A DNA stretch of 61,138 nucleotides from Octopus bimaculoides (lineage: Eukaryota), in NCBI RefSeq assembly GCF_001194135.2, contig NC_068992.1, positions 34,783,121-34,844,258 on the forward strand, in the 5' to 3' direction. Position 1 is the stretch's first letter. Each line of letters starts with the position of its first letter. The translations under genes were made by a program, and so were the position numbers. Below, piece after piece: positions 1-12,834 of this stretch. Below the pieces are notes generated by a model, which was not told the DNA's origin, did no database searches, and saw only the letters and a list, made by a program, of their open reading frames with translations.

Positions 1-1121
1 CACAGGTCAAGTATGTGTGGTTGTGTGTGTTTTTACGTATCTATGTTATGAAAAATAGGTAAAGAACACTGAGATGAAAGTTTAATCTATGACGTTGTAT
101 GTATCACTTTCTCTCTCTCTCCCTCTCCCTCTTTTACTTTTACTCTCTATATTTTTATGTTGAGCGCGTGTGTAAGAATGACGTTCCAGGTAGTAGGGAT
201 GAAATATAAAAGTTGCTAGAAACAACAGCCAAATCTCCCTTAAATCACACAAAGTAAACGGAATTTAAAAAATCTAATTGCTGCACTGGAAAGTTCACAT
301 CGAGAAAATTCCATTGATGTAAACATTTTTACGAAAAAGTGGAAAATGTGGATTTCTATAAACATTCAAAAAGGCTTCAAACAAATACACAATTTCAGAT
401 TTATATATTAAGATTACAAATTTTATTGCAAAAACCCTCACTAGTTTATTTTGGTACTAATTTTTTTTACCTGATAATGGTTTGAAATGATATGGCATGC
501 AAAATTACTTTCAATATATTTAGTGCTAATGTATTAAATATAATTAATTCATTCTTAGAGGTTGAAATGATTTTTTTGTTGTCAGTTTTGTTTGAAGAAA
601 TAGTCTTTGTACACACTCTGAGATTGGAGTAGCGGGAATCAATGTGGTTAATATTCTTTTAAAATTGTTTCAAGTTGATGGTTGCAGCAGAGAAAGGGAC
701 TGAAAACATACTCAAAAGGAAAGCTCAGATGAAGTTGTTTGTGAGGGAAGTGTGAGTAAACATAATGATAAGAAAAGGATAGACAAGTGAATTAAGAGAG
801 CTTGAGATGGTAGGATAAAAGCAGCCACTTCTGAGGAGAAGAGGCCACAGTGACAGCATTAGTAGAAGATATTTTATATAGAGAGACAATAGCATGTCTC
901 TAGTATTTTTGCTGGCTTGTGGATGAGTGCATGTTGTAGAAAGTTATTCTGAATTTTAAGGTAGGACTGAGAAATTAACTGGCATTATTTTTAGGAATAT
1001 GACACAATATAATCAAAAACACAGTTTTAAGTGAAAAAACATCACCAACAATAAAAACAAATAGCTTATTAGTTAACAAAAATAGAGATAATAAAGTCTC
1101 CTTAAGCATCATTTATACTTG

Positions 1122-2237
1122 TTTCAGGTAGATTGCCCTGCTCAGTATGTAGAAAAGGAGTAGGTAGTAACTCTATAAGATGTACCCGGTGCAAGCTATG
1201 GGCACATAAGAGGTGCAGCAACATCAAAGGCAGGTTAACTAGCAAGTTAGTTTTTGTCTGTGGCAGATGTTCAGGTGCAATAAAGACTGTAAAGAAACAG
1301 GAAACAACTTCTATCTCATTCCAGGGTGAAAAACTAGAGGTAGTCGATAGCTTCCGCTATCTGGGCGACCAAGTTAGTAGTGGGGGTGGGTGCGCTGAAA
1401 GTGTAGCTGCTAGAATAAGAATAGCCTGGGCAAAGTTTAGAGAGCTCTTACCCCTGCTGGCGACAAAGGGACTCTCACTCAGAGTAAAAGGCAGACTGTN
1501 NNNNNNNNNNNNNNNNNNNNNNNNNNNNNNNNNNNNNNNNNNNNNNNNNNNNNNNNNNNNNNNNNNNNNNNNNNNNNNNNNNNNNNNNNNNNNNNNNNNN
1601 NNNNNNNNNNNNNNNNNNNNNNNNNNNNNNNNNNNNNNNNNNNNNNNNNNNNNNNNNNNNNNNNNNNNNNNNNNNNNNNNNNNNNNNNNNNNNNNNNNNN
1701 NNNNNNNNNNNNNNNNNNNNNNNNNNNNNNNNNNNNNNNNNNNNNNNNNNNNNNNNNNNNNNNNNNNNNNNNNNNNNNNNNNNNNNNNNNNNNNNNNNNN
1801 NNNNNNNNNNNNNNNNNNNNNNNNNNNNNNNNNNNNNNNNNNNNNNNNNNNNNNNNNNNNNNNNNNNNNNNNNNNNNNNNNNNNNNNNNNNNNNNNNNNN
1901 NNNNNNNNNNNNNNNNNNNGGCCGTTGCCAGTACCGCCTGACTGGCTCCCGTAGGATTTTCGAGCGAGATCGTTGCCAGTGCCCCAGAACTGGCTTGTGC
2001 GGGTGGCACATAAAAGACACCATTTCGATCGTGGCCGTTTTCATGCGGGTGACACGTAAAAGCACCCACTACACTCTCTGAGTGGTTGGTGTTAGGAAGG
2101 GCATCCAGCTGTAGAAACTCTGCCAAATTAGATTGGAGCCTGGTGTTGCCATCCGGTTTCACCAGTCCTCAGTCAAATCGTCCAACCCATGCTAGCATGG
2201 AAAGCGGACGTTAAACGATGATGATGATGATGATGAT
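1122..2237 (+). mobile_element. 5'-truncated RTE-clade LINE (RT C-terminal part, gap, 3' UTR with (GAT)n tail)
   Basis: ORF 1133 encodes EKLEVVDSFRYLGDQVSSGGG...RIRIAWAKFRELLPLL, typical of the RTE RT thumb region. Ends in ccatgctagcatggaaagcggacgttaaac(gat)n. Same family as the minus-strand copy at 21045-23510. Confidence 0.9.
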
Positions 2238-2311
2238 TTCTAACCACACTCTCATTTAACCTTTACTGCAATAATAAATAAAATGGCTAGTTTCATTAAA
2301 TGAATAAGGAA

Positions 2312-2738
2312 GCCTGTATGTAGTCACCCAATCTACTAGCATTAGTAACCAAATCTCTTTCAGATCTTAAAATCAGCAAAGAAAATAAATGAAATTTTTA
2401 ATTCAAAGAAATACCCTAATTGCTATCAACATCAGAAAAATAGTCTCCATTTCTTGCTTCTGAAAATTAAAATAAAAAAATTCAACACCTTTAAAGTGCT
2501 GTCTTGCAGGTACTCTATCTAATTAGCAAACAATCTATCTAATTAGAAAGCTTATGTAGAGTAAATTAACTGTTAAAAGTTTTGAATATGATACTTAGTC
2601 ACAGATGAACCCTGAGTAAGTGAGATAATGATCAAGGCATTGTTTTGGTTTTTCTCTCCCATTCTGAAAATAACAGGGTATGATTTGAAGATGGTTTTGC
2701 TGTTATTCTAGCAGGTCAAGTCTTGTATAGACATTCCT
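2312..2738. repeat. Two diverged copies of a short interspersed repeat in opposite orientation (2312-2368, 2677-2738); third copy at 205-250
   Basis: Shared core gatttga.g.ag.tttgg/gct..ta.tctagca compared by eye. Confidence 0.4.
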
Positions 2739-3046
2739 TAATTAGCAAAAGGGAACATTTTGTTACTACAAGGAGCATATTTATTCCTCGTAACAAGGAA
2801 CATTAAATTATTCCTTGGAACATTAAAGAGAAAGACAGTAGGAAAGTATTAAAAATGCCATATCTTCTATGGTTATATTTAGCTGATGTTTTGTGTTAAA
2901 TTAGAAATGAAATGAAATATATTTTTCTAAATAAGTACTTTTTTTGTCCAGTACATATTAACATGATTCCCTAGCATTCAGTTTCTTCAGATGAAAAAAT
3001 TTACTTAATTGAATTATGTAATTCACAGTGCCAACTCAGACAGGAC

Positions 3047-3182
3047 TTATAATAGCAAGTGATATTTGACTTTATTTGAAAGTATTTCCTCTGATGCTGT
3101 CACAGCAGTATATAACAAGTCCAAAACAAAATATCTAATTGCTTGTTTATGGGCTTGTTCATTGCATTGACTGTGCAGACGT
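3047..3182 (-). CDS. Candidate terminal coding exon of an unidentified host gene
   Basis: Poly-T tract + tgtag acceptor, then open frame RLHSQCNEQAHKQAIRYFVLDLLYTAVTASEEILSNKVKYHLLL-stop. No homology recognised. Confidence 0.2.
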
Positions 3183-4139
3183 CTACAATCATTTGAAAAA
3201 AAAAAAAACAATATCATACTTTGTGCTTCTGCAATGGAACAGTTTTCTTAAACTAGAAAATTCTGCATTCTTTAAGTTTCTTGAAGACAAAGTGCAAATG
3301 TCTAATAAGATTTCTCTAAAAAATTTGTCTGATAAGAAAATGTCCATAATCACTAGAAGTAAACATTGTCTAAGAAAATTGGTTAACTGATTTAAATTGA
3401 TTTGACAAAATTGGATTTTTGTTCAACAATCTAGTGTTTGTTTGTACATGTGTGCATCCATTTTATGAATGTCTATAGGTGAAGACACACAAATAATTCC
3501 ATTTGAAATCTAGTCATTAATATAAGATTAAAGCATTCTCTCAGTTTTCAACATTTTTGTTGTTATGTTTTAATTTTAACAAAATCATAATCATTTTGTT
3601 CCAGATGAAATTAATATAGAAAATTTACAACTTCACAAAATGTTGCTAGTGATATTTGCAAGCTAAACTACTCTGATAACAATTCAAAGAACAATAATGC
3701 ATTTGGTACAAGTAATAAACAAGATTAAAAACAATATGATTTAATAAATGTGGTTGATTTAGTAAAATATCAAAAATGTATGTGCATGTGAAAGATTTAT
3801 AAAGTAGTAATAACGTCAGACATTGGAACATATTGTAAAAATTTAATCTTAAGACCGGAATCAAAACACATTTAGTTTCAATAAAAGATAGTTCATATTA
3901 ATTGAAAAATGCATGGAGTTATAGCAAGAGGAAATATATGAATTATAATATAACACTTGTAAGATGATTTTTTAGCAATGTAATTGTTTTTACTGATACC
4001 CATACTACAAACAACTAGTCATCCATGACGTGCAGTGGTAACATGTTGTACCAGTTTGACAAGCAACAATTATGTGTGCCTTTCTAAAGAGTACAATATG
4101 CAACACAATGATCATAATAATGTTTAAATTCAGTTTTTT

Positions 4140-4342
4140 TCTTTTGTATTAATGACTGCAGGCATGCTCGAGTGCTACTTTGAAGGGTTTAGATGAGAAA
4201 AATGACCCAAATTATTTGCAATTTTATGTCTGCTACATATTCCATTAGACTCTTTTGTCAAATTACTAAGTTACAGGGATGTAGACAAACCAGTAACAGC
4301 TGTCAAGCAATGGCAGAAAGACAAATACAGACATGCACACAC

Positions 4343-4420
<78 letters not shown>

Positions 4421-4605
4421 ACACATACACACAGAGGGAGAGATATGCACACGTGTTTGTGAAGGGTCTCTGCAGAGTTTCCATCTGCCAAATACATTCA
4501 CTAGGCATTGGTAGGCCTGGGACAATATAATAGAAGACACTTGTCCAAGGTGTTACACAGTGAAACTGAAGCAGAAACTACATGGCTGCAAAGCAAGCTT
4601 TTTAA
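4140..4605 (-). mobile_element. tRNA-derived SINE family A (diverged) with internal (TA)n(TG)n microsatellite
   Basis: Contains agaagacacttgtccaaggtg and ctaagttacagggatgtagac motifs shared with the 12835 and 20613 copies. Confidence 0.75.
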
Positions 4606-5200
4606 TGATAAAGAAATACCTCACTAATTCAATGATTTAATCAGATTTTAGTCTCTGTATTAAATATTTGCATTGTATCAAAATGAAAGTCAGCTAGACC
4701 AAAAACCATACTAATCATTATTGTATTAATTTTGGTGTAATATTAAAGATAAAGTCCATGTCAGAAATTATGTCTATGAAACAAAATTGGCAATAAGTAA
4801 AACTGAGATTGTATAATGTGACAATAGTCAGAAAGAAATTATCATCAATTGGTACATTTGGATTCAAAAGTGTAATTGGTAAAAGAAAAAATGTAATGTA
4901 TACTTGTTACTATATCCTGGAACTAAGCTGGCAACAAAAATTAGAGATTATTTTTAATGTTCATGCCTAAATCAAAAAAATCAATATTATAAATATTGAA
5001 AAATTGCTTCAAAAAGGAAAGAAACTTGCTCATTAACATCACTGACTTAGAGGGAATTATTAACTTACCATAAGACAAAATATGATGTGCTTAAAATTAT
5101 GAAACACACACACACATGCAAATAAACAAATGCTTGCATGTATGTATGTGCACACACACACACACACTCACACATACACACACACACACTCACATATATA

Positions 5201-6046
5201 CAATGTGGGTAATTAAAAGTAACCAGAAATGTCCTCTGTATGAGGACATTGTAGTTTGGACTTCCACCACTAAAAGCTACTTGATGCAACACTCAGGCAT
5301 CAGTCTGCTAACTCACAGCATCAGGCAATGTGTTTTTGTTTTGCAGTGCTTCTCTCCTGTTAGTTGATTTTTGCAATGGCTGAAATGAAGGAACAGTGTG
5401 CTTCCATGAAACTTTGTTTTCTGCTAGGGAAAATGGCAGCTGAAATAGTTGTCATTCTTCAAACAGCTTACAAGGATGCTGCTACGAGCAAAACACAAGC
5501 TTATGAGTGGTTTTCATGCTTTAGGAATGGTCACTTGTCGCTTGAAGACCAACTTCATTCAGGGTGACCATTTACCTTCCAAATGAATGAAAACATTAAA
5601 AGTTCATGATCTTGGAGGACAGTCACCGAACAATTAATGAACTTGTTGATATGTTCAGTGCGTCCTGAAGCTCCTGCTAACGAATTTTGAGTGAGGAATT
5701 GTGAATGAAAAGGGTTGCAGAAAAATCTGTGTCTCACTTGCTCATGAAAGATCAAAAGCAGTAACGACTGAATCAATGTCATGAACTGAAAGCTCATTTG
5801 AAAGTTGATCTGGACCTTTTTTTGAATGTTATCACCAGTGATGAAAGCTGGTGCTATGGAATTTGCAGATGTGGAAGAGGTGAAGTAAAAAACGATGGAG
5901 GCATTTAAAACATCACTTCGCAAGAGCTCCGGCACTGCTTCGAACAGTGGAAAATGCTTCAAATGGAGATAAAAGTGTAAATATGTAAAACTAAATGAAT
6001 AAAACACCATTACAAAATTCTGGTTACTTTCGGGTATCCCCTTCTA
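5201..6046 (+). mobile_element. Mariner transposon relic, internally deleted, with TIRs
   Basis: MAEMKEQCASMKLCFLLGK...KTQAYEWFSCFRNG..SLEDQLHSG, then VITSDESWCYG joined directly to FADVEEVK. TIR cores aaagtaaccagaaat (5216-5230) and aattctggttacttt (6016-6030) match 14/15. Confidence 0.88.
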
Positions 6047-6134
6047 AAATCCACTTGCACAGCTGAAGCAGTATCAAATTAAAATGCCCATCTATATTTC
6101 ATATTTGATGTATATACACTATTGATAGGTTATA

Positions 6135-6135
6135 T

Positions 6136-6208
<73 letters not shown>

Positions 6209-6330
6209 CATATATATGTATGTATATCTGTGTGTGTGTGTACACACATACTCACACATGTGTATATATACACGCACATATACATATATACATATACCCA
6301 TATGTGTATTTATATGTTTATGCATATATA
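6135..6330. repeat. Compound (TA)n/(TG)n/(CA)n microsatellite
   Basis: Seen directly. Confidence 0.95.
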
Positions 6331-6339
6331 CATCTGTAT

Positions 6340-6545
6340 ATGTACCTCATGCTTGTTTCAGTCACTAGATTGTAGCCATGCTGGGGCACTACCTTCAAGG
6401 ATTAAGTTGAACAAATTGTCCCCAGTACTTATGTTTTTTAGTCTGCTACTTATTTTATCTGAACCACAAAGTTAAGGTAACATATACAAACCGGTACTGG
6501 GTTTCAAGCAAAGCCATGAAACAAACAGAAGCACACACACAAACT
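6340..6545 (-). mobile_element. SINE family A 3' part
   Basis: cttgtttcagtcactagattgtagccatgctggggcac matches the family A tail. Confidence 0.65.
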
Positions 6546-6599
6546 TTACCTGGCAGTTCAGGTAACTCAGAAACTGCTGGTATTTCAGGAATAACAGAA

Positions 6600-7100
6600 G
6601 CCCAGCTGTAACTGGAGGAATATGAGGTACTAATAATTCAGCTGACTGGGTTAGTGTAGGAGGGGTGATATTGAGTAGTGAATATATACCTGACTCCATT
6701 AAAGTTAATTAACTATTTAAACTCTTTACTAATGAAACATGGACCATTGTCACTTATTGATATCACTGGTACCAAGATTCTTCTCAATTCCTTTAGTCTG
6801 GCTGTGGCAGCTACAGAATTCATGATACAAACTTTCATCCATTTTAAGTAGGCATCAACAGTAATTAAGAACATCTACCCCATGAATGGTACAAAATTTA
6901 CATGTACTTTTTCTCATGTCTGACTGGAATATTCCAAGGGATGAGTTGAAGCATATTTGAGACTGATTTGATCCTAAATGCATACTTCCCAAGCCTTACA
7001 TGTCATTTCAATCTCAGCATCCAACTTTTATTACCACATATAGTATCTAGCCAGGGCTTTTATATGTACTATTCCTACATGGATTTAGTGTTGTTCCTGG
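6600..7100 (-). pseudogene. Ty3/Gypsy integrase relic
   Basis: Broken minus-strand frames read YKALARYYMW..KLDAEIE..C, KVHVNF.PFMG.MFLITVDAY.KW, ISDNGPCFISKEFK and TTQYHPS, i.e. the zinc-binding region plus DDE core. Confidence 0.75.
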
Positions 7101-7260
7101 AATATCTTCAGCCTTACCCTAGGAGGAATGTCTATCGATTTCCTCTCAAGAGCATACCATCCTCATAACTCAATAATTCAATTCTTCTCCCTTGATAAAG
7201 TAGGGATTTCTTTTAGCAGCTATTGTGCAATATCCACAGCCATTCATCGTTAATTAAACC

Positions 7261-7327
7261 AACAAGATGAGGACAAATATCCATCAAATGTAAATAATGT
7301 AAATAATATAAATAATTAAACAGAACT
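7261..7327 (+). mobile_element. 3' tail fragment of the hammerhead-bearing SINE family C
   Basis: aacaagatgaggacaaatatccatcaaatgtaaataatgta matches the tails at 27580-27620 and 54398-54438. Confidence 0.7.
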
Positions 7328-7493
7328 AGTCTGGAATTTTACTAAATTTATTTCAGAGTAGCAAAATTTGATATCCAGCTACAAATCTTTTAGAAATCAC
7401 TTAAGAATGATTATGTAGAGAGATTTCTTTTGCTTAATCTACCTTAGTAAAAGAACTTGGGCTCATTAAGTCACGCTAAGCTCTAAATTTTAC

Positions 7494-7524
7494 CTTTCCA
7501 CAAGAACTCTTTACATCTTTAAAG
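7494..7524 (-). CDS. Candidate 31-nt exon (FKDVKSSCGK)
   Basis: ttttttctttaag acceptor, aag|gtaaaa donor, only one open frame; phase fits the 8833-8894 candidate. Confidence 0.25.
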
Positions 7525-8832
7525 CTTAAAGAAAAAACCCCAATATTAAATTCTCATTTCTATAAATCTGAGGCCTTGGGCCATTGTTAGAAATCAATAC
7601 TAAAACCTGAAATATTTTGCTAACTCATTATATATGTACAAGTCTATCATTCAGATTGAACTACCGACAAAAATTCTAGTTGATATGTTTTTCACTTCAG
7701 TTGCTTAACCTCAAATGGTATTTCTGCAACAATCACTGGTTAAATCAACAACAGTCAAGAATTTATTAGAAAGCTCTACAATGATATGTCCAATATATTT
7801 TTTTTAACTAAAGTGTGCATATCTATTTTTTCTTTTTTTTTTTCTAATTCCTAACACATGGAGATCTATTGAGAAGTTTTCAAAACTAAACTAAGTTATA
7901 TTGGCTATAGAAATGCCACTTTATATTAATATTATTATCTTATTTGAGGAAGGAAATGCATTCACGTTTTGGAAAGATGCCAAATGCCAAAATGTCAAAG
8001 ATAATTGATAAATAAATAAATAACTACAAAAACAAAAGAAAATATATTGAAAGAGAATCTTTTATGGCTCTAAACAAAAATTCTATTTAAAATCCCTGGA
8101 GTACTTTTCTTCCATTGGCAATTGTTCTAGAGAAAGAAATAATCTTTTTTAGCTGTTATTTGTTCATTCACATTCTCATTTTTAAGCAAATACTGAAAAA
8201 AATCATCAACATTCACAAATACAGTTCTGCTTTTATTATAGTGTAAATAAAAACGAATTGTTAAAAGTAGAACTAAAATAGTTGCCAGATGTTTAACTCC
8301 CTGTACACAACTATTTTCTTTTGTAATACTGCCACCACCTGGAACCCTTGTATATTGAAATCCTGCTGTCCTTAGCCTACATAAAACTTTTTGTTTGACA
8401 CAAGGGTTCTGCAGCAATTTGAATGCAAGAAAGATATCAATACATTTAGACTTAATTTAAAATAAAGAGTGAACAGATATCTAGATTACAGGAAACAATC
8501 TATTCAGTGACTGATAATCCTTCAAGTTTGTGATATTACTTAAAAGTTTGAATGGTGAGGTGAGGTAAAGAGAAACTTAGAATAATCATCTTGCTAACTT
8601 CAGCTATTTTTCTATGCATTGAACAAAAGGGAAACAACTTGAGAACTGAAACTATCTGACTGACTTCACTTGCCAAGAGCTTAATGCAATTATAATCTAC
8701 TTAAACTTTTCTGTAAAAAAACAAATAATTTTCCCATGTGTTTAGAAGCAGGATTCAAATGGAAATTCTATAATAAAGTACAATAATTGTGCCTCTGACA
8801 AAATTTGACGATGTGAAATAAAATCTTAATAC

Positions 8833-8894
8833 GGTTCCGTTGAGTTCTTTTGATCAGCAGAGAAATATTGGTCTATGACCATCCTAGAAGCTTT
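8833..8894 (-). CDS. Candidate exon (KASRMVIDQYFSADQKNSTEP)
   Basis: tttttag acceptor, weak gtatta donor; phase 0 in, phase 2 out. Confidence 0.2.
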
Positions 8895-9147
8895 CTAAAA
8901 AGCATGATTAAAGTGATTTTAAGAATTATCAATGACTGTATAAAAAAAATTATAGAATTATTTATTCAGTTCCAAGCCACTTATTTCTACATTCCAGAAT
9001 ACAGATAATCTTATGAAATGAGGTCCAGTTCCAAAAATATTTCATTTAATAGACTGACACTCTTTTCAGAAAAGTAATTCTGTTTCATCTGATTAATATT
9101 GAAACTATAAACAAATGTCGAACTTATGAACTTATGAATTTCTGTAC

Positions 9148-9263
9148 TTTGAAGAGATCAGTTCTGAAATATTTCACAAAATCTTGTTGCAAATATTTTT
9201 TGAAATTGTCAACTGTTGCAAAAAGTAATCTCAGAAACTTCATTTCTAACACAACTTCATCAT
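9148..9263 (-). CDS. Candidate exon (DDEVVLEMKFLRLLFATVDNFKKYLQQDFVKYFRTDLFK)
   Basis: ttgcag acceptor, gtacag donor, helical protein-like frame; phase 0 out fits the 8894 candidate. Confidence 0.27.
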
Positions 9264-10266
9264 CTGCAACAAATATTTTTCCGAATTTAAATCATACTTC
9301 CCTATACAATGTATTAACATCTACAACTGTTGTATCTTTATGAAATATAAGATGTAGGTTCCTAATTGTGGATATGTAAGCAACAAAGCTAAACTCACCA
9401 CAAGTTTTATGGAGTCCACAGATATAAAGTTAGCAATAAAATAAATTATAGTAGAATTCTTTATTGAAATGTGATTTCTGTGGGCAGGTGTTTTCAAATG
9501 TCTAATTCATAAACTGTAAAGCAAATCAGACAAAGTATTCAACAACTTTCCCATAAGAATGTAAATTTAAAGCTGTTGCAAGTATTTTGTTGTTTCAAAG
9601 CCAAAGACATTTTCTTCATTACCTCACTATACTTATTCAGGTGTCTATTTCTGATAGTTATCTGAAATGGCCTCCTGTGCAGAAGAGTGGACATATATAT
9701 TTTATTTACTTGATGCTGTAAAATCATATATGATTCTCTCTCTTTTGAAGGCCTTTAGGACTAAGGAGACATTTTTATTGCACTTTGTTAAAATTCATTA
9801 ATTGATGTAGTTACCTCATAAGGTCAGCACAATCACAATCACAAATTATAATTAGAAAAGCAATATTTCAATTACTCTTCTCTATTGATTTTATATTCAT
9901 TTTCTATACTGGTATGAATTGGAAAGACAATTTACAATTTCCTATATGCATTTTCTACTCACTATCGACATTTCAAAAAGTAAACATAAGAAAATGTTTG
10001 CTTTGCATCCCGAAATCTGCTTCAAATAATTTATGTTAACTCTCAAATATGTATTGTGTGTAGATAGAGCTTGATTTAGAATAAGGTTTTGTATAGATTT
10101 TGAAGCACATGAAAACAAAAGCAATCCTATTTTTATTGTTTTATATTTGTATTATTGAAAATTACTTTCCGTAAGCATTCCCAGGATCACCTAAATATGT
10201 CATAATATAAAATTGCTACTATACTTTTAAATCGATTAAACAATATTTAAAAAAATTATTGTTAAA

Positions 10267-11163
10267 CAAAGGTGGGCATCATTAATCGAAAAGTTAACTT
10301 TGATAACCGTTAATACCTTAGCTGAAAAGTTAACTTAGATAATCGTTAATAAGTTAATTCTTTAAAATGTAACAGAAGTTATCAATAAACCGGTAATGTT
10401 AATTTTTATTATAGAAAAGCAAAAGATCAGTTTTTGTTCTAAAACCACCTAAAACACCTTTAAAAAGTACCAAAGCTATCAAATCAATATTTTTTTGCCT
10501 TTTTAAGGGCTTTAGAAACCCAATACTATAGTTTATTTTTTTTGCTTTTTTCATAGTTTTGGCCTTTTTAGGGTTTTTAAAGGGTTTTAGAGCCAGAAAA
10601 TGGTTTAAAAAAACTCCAATGTAACACAATATTAGTATTAAACTAAAAAAGTTTATTGATAAAGTGGCTGTAAAAAAAAGATTAACATGATATATACATA
10701 ATTTAATGTTTCCTCTTCTTCTCATTCTCCATTTTGTTCATGAGATGTATGTTGCCCTTCATGAAAATTAGCATGTCAAAGTTTTCATCAGACAGGAACG
10801 ATCTCTTGACCCTCAAGATGTCCTTGCCCATAGAAAACAAATGCTCCACTGCAGCACTGGCGGGGATGGCTGTGTTGAACTTGAACAAGTCCACCAACTC
10901 TTGCTCACCTAAGAAGGCAGCATCTATCTGCAAGTCCTTGGAATTGTTCTCCAGCCAGGTCTTGACCAAATTCTGAGCCTTGTCCTTGAGTGACTTGTGG
11001 ATTCTGCTGCTCTCTCTTGGCTGGGTGATGCCACTGAAGAAGTCACCCTACTCCTCTTCATTGTTGCTGATCTCCAAAGTTAACTTAAAAGTTAAATTGT
11101 TAATGAAAATGTTAACCTTGTGAATTAAGAATTAACGAATTAATAGTTTGGTGCCCAGGTTTG
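10267..11163 (-). mobile_element. Non-autonomous hAT element with transposase C-terminal dimerisation domain
   Basis: ORF 10703-10969 NTAIPASAAVEHLFSMGKDILRVKRSFLSDENFDMLIFMKGN. TIRs caaaggtgggcatc / ggtgcccaggtttg; 8-bp flanks ttgttaaa / atgttaag (6/8); subterminal aagttaac repeats. Confidence 0.85.
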
Positions 11164-12559
11164 ATGTTAAGTAATATTAGACAAAGATTTGTCTGGTGAT
11201 TTTCATTGTTATGTACTTTGGAGATATGGGTAGCATGGGTAATTGGTTAAAGAGAGCACTCGGGCAGTTTGAGTCAGTAGTTCATATCTATTCACTGGTA
11301 CTACTCTAGGCACATGGACGTAAAACACATTTTTAGGAAAATTAGTTTCCTTTAGATATACATACACTATATATGTAATAGTCCTGTAGTTAGCAGCAAT
11401 ACTTTATAATTAAAAAGTTAGTTGGTAATTTCCATGGCTGAGTTCAACTCCTATGCATGAAGCCAGAATGTGTAACCCAAGCATCTTTCATTCAAATCTA
11501 CCAGTAATTTGTTATATGAAAGAGCTTTGTTTTTACAGAAAATAATATTATACCACTCTATGACATTTAACATTTAGAGGAAATATATTTTGTATGAACT
11601 GAAGTAGTTACTACCAGTTTCTAAACATTGATGCGCTGATAGATATTTTAATTTGAATATGATTAACAAGAATTTGTAAAAGGTGGGAAGGAGGCAATAC
11701 ATACAAGATTGATTATGCAAGTCTTTGGTGAGAAAATTGAATAAACTCCATTATATTACTGGTATTTTATTGATTCTCAAAGGATTTTGAACTTATATTA
11801 TTGATGAATTGGGTTAAATACAAAATATCATGTTTGCCAAGTACTTTCTACTTGAACACTGATATCATTAGAAAATTGTCACTAATTAACCAAAACATTG
11901 AGGATATTTTTTCAAAGGTAGTTAGGGGGAAGAAAAGCACACAGAACTATAGCATGTGAGACTGGTGCAGCTGATGTACTTATATTACTATTAGCTAATG
12001 CTAGTAAGAACCAAGTAAACACAAAGGAATGCAAGTGTAAAGTGTCTAATACAAGAACTAGAAGGTGAGACACAGCAGTAGTGATAAGTGGAGGAGAAAT
12101 GAGTATGTCATATGGACATATAAGGAAGGGTGTACTGTTAACAACTAGTTAAGAGTAGTTGGAACAAGTGTTGAATGGATTGAGAAGCTGATGAACATAG
12201 CCCTTTCTGAATGATAAAATAGTGCATATAAAACTTAGCCTATAACGATTATAATTGCCTTAAATTAATTAAGAGATGTATTTCAACTTATATAATGTAC
12301 TTCTAGTAACTAAATGATTTGTAACTATCTTTATTTATTACAATTTCTTTTCAAAATAATGTTTTCCTGATTTTTAATTTTGATTTCAATTTGGAAATCG
12401 TAACAGATGATAAATTAATTTTTGTTAGAGAACACCAGGAACTTAACATACAATTATGAAACTTTTCTCTTTTATTTGTATTTCTTATTTTGCAATTTAG
12501 CTATCATTGACAACAGGTATCCAAGTAGCCAACCATTGAGTTTTGATAGTGAGACTTAC

Positions 12560-12618
12560 TATAATGTGCCTAACCTGATGCAACAGTCCGTGTTTGTGAA
12601 GCTCTGTACATTTTTCAG
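12560..12618 (-). CDS. Candidate exon (AEKCTELHKHGLLHQVRHII)
   Basis: aaaacag acceptor and canonical gtaagt donor with an open frame. Confidence 0.2.
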
Positions 12619-12834
12619 CTGTTTTGAAAATTACATTACTCTACATTAATATAAACTGATGAATGATATATTAATACATATGCATGTGCACTCACAAACA
12701 TGCATACATACATCCTCTTCCTCATCATCAATTCATGCTCATTTTCTATGCCAGGGTGGGTTGGATAGTAAGGTTTACAGGATCCAATGGATATAAGGAC
12801 CATATCTTGCTCCAATGTCATGACATAACTCTTT

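Noticed and set aside
1475-2162. ORFs of about 190-270 aa spanning N runs (also 37859-38495)
   Set aside because: Length is due to gap Xs
4193-6475. ORFs with YIYIYI / CVCVCV / THTHTH runs
   Set aside because: Translations of dinucleotide microsatellites; the same applies at 13860-14122, 17608, 23632, 31065-31403, 45792 and 59280
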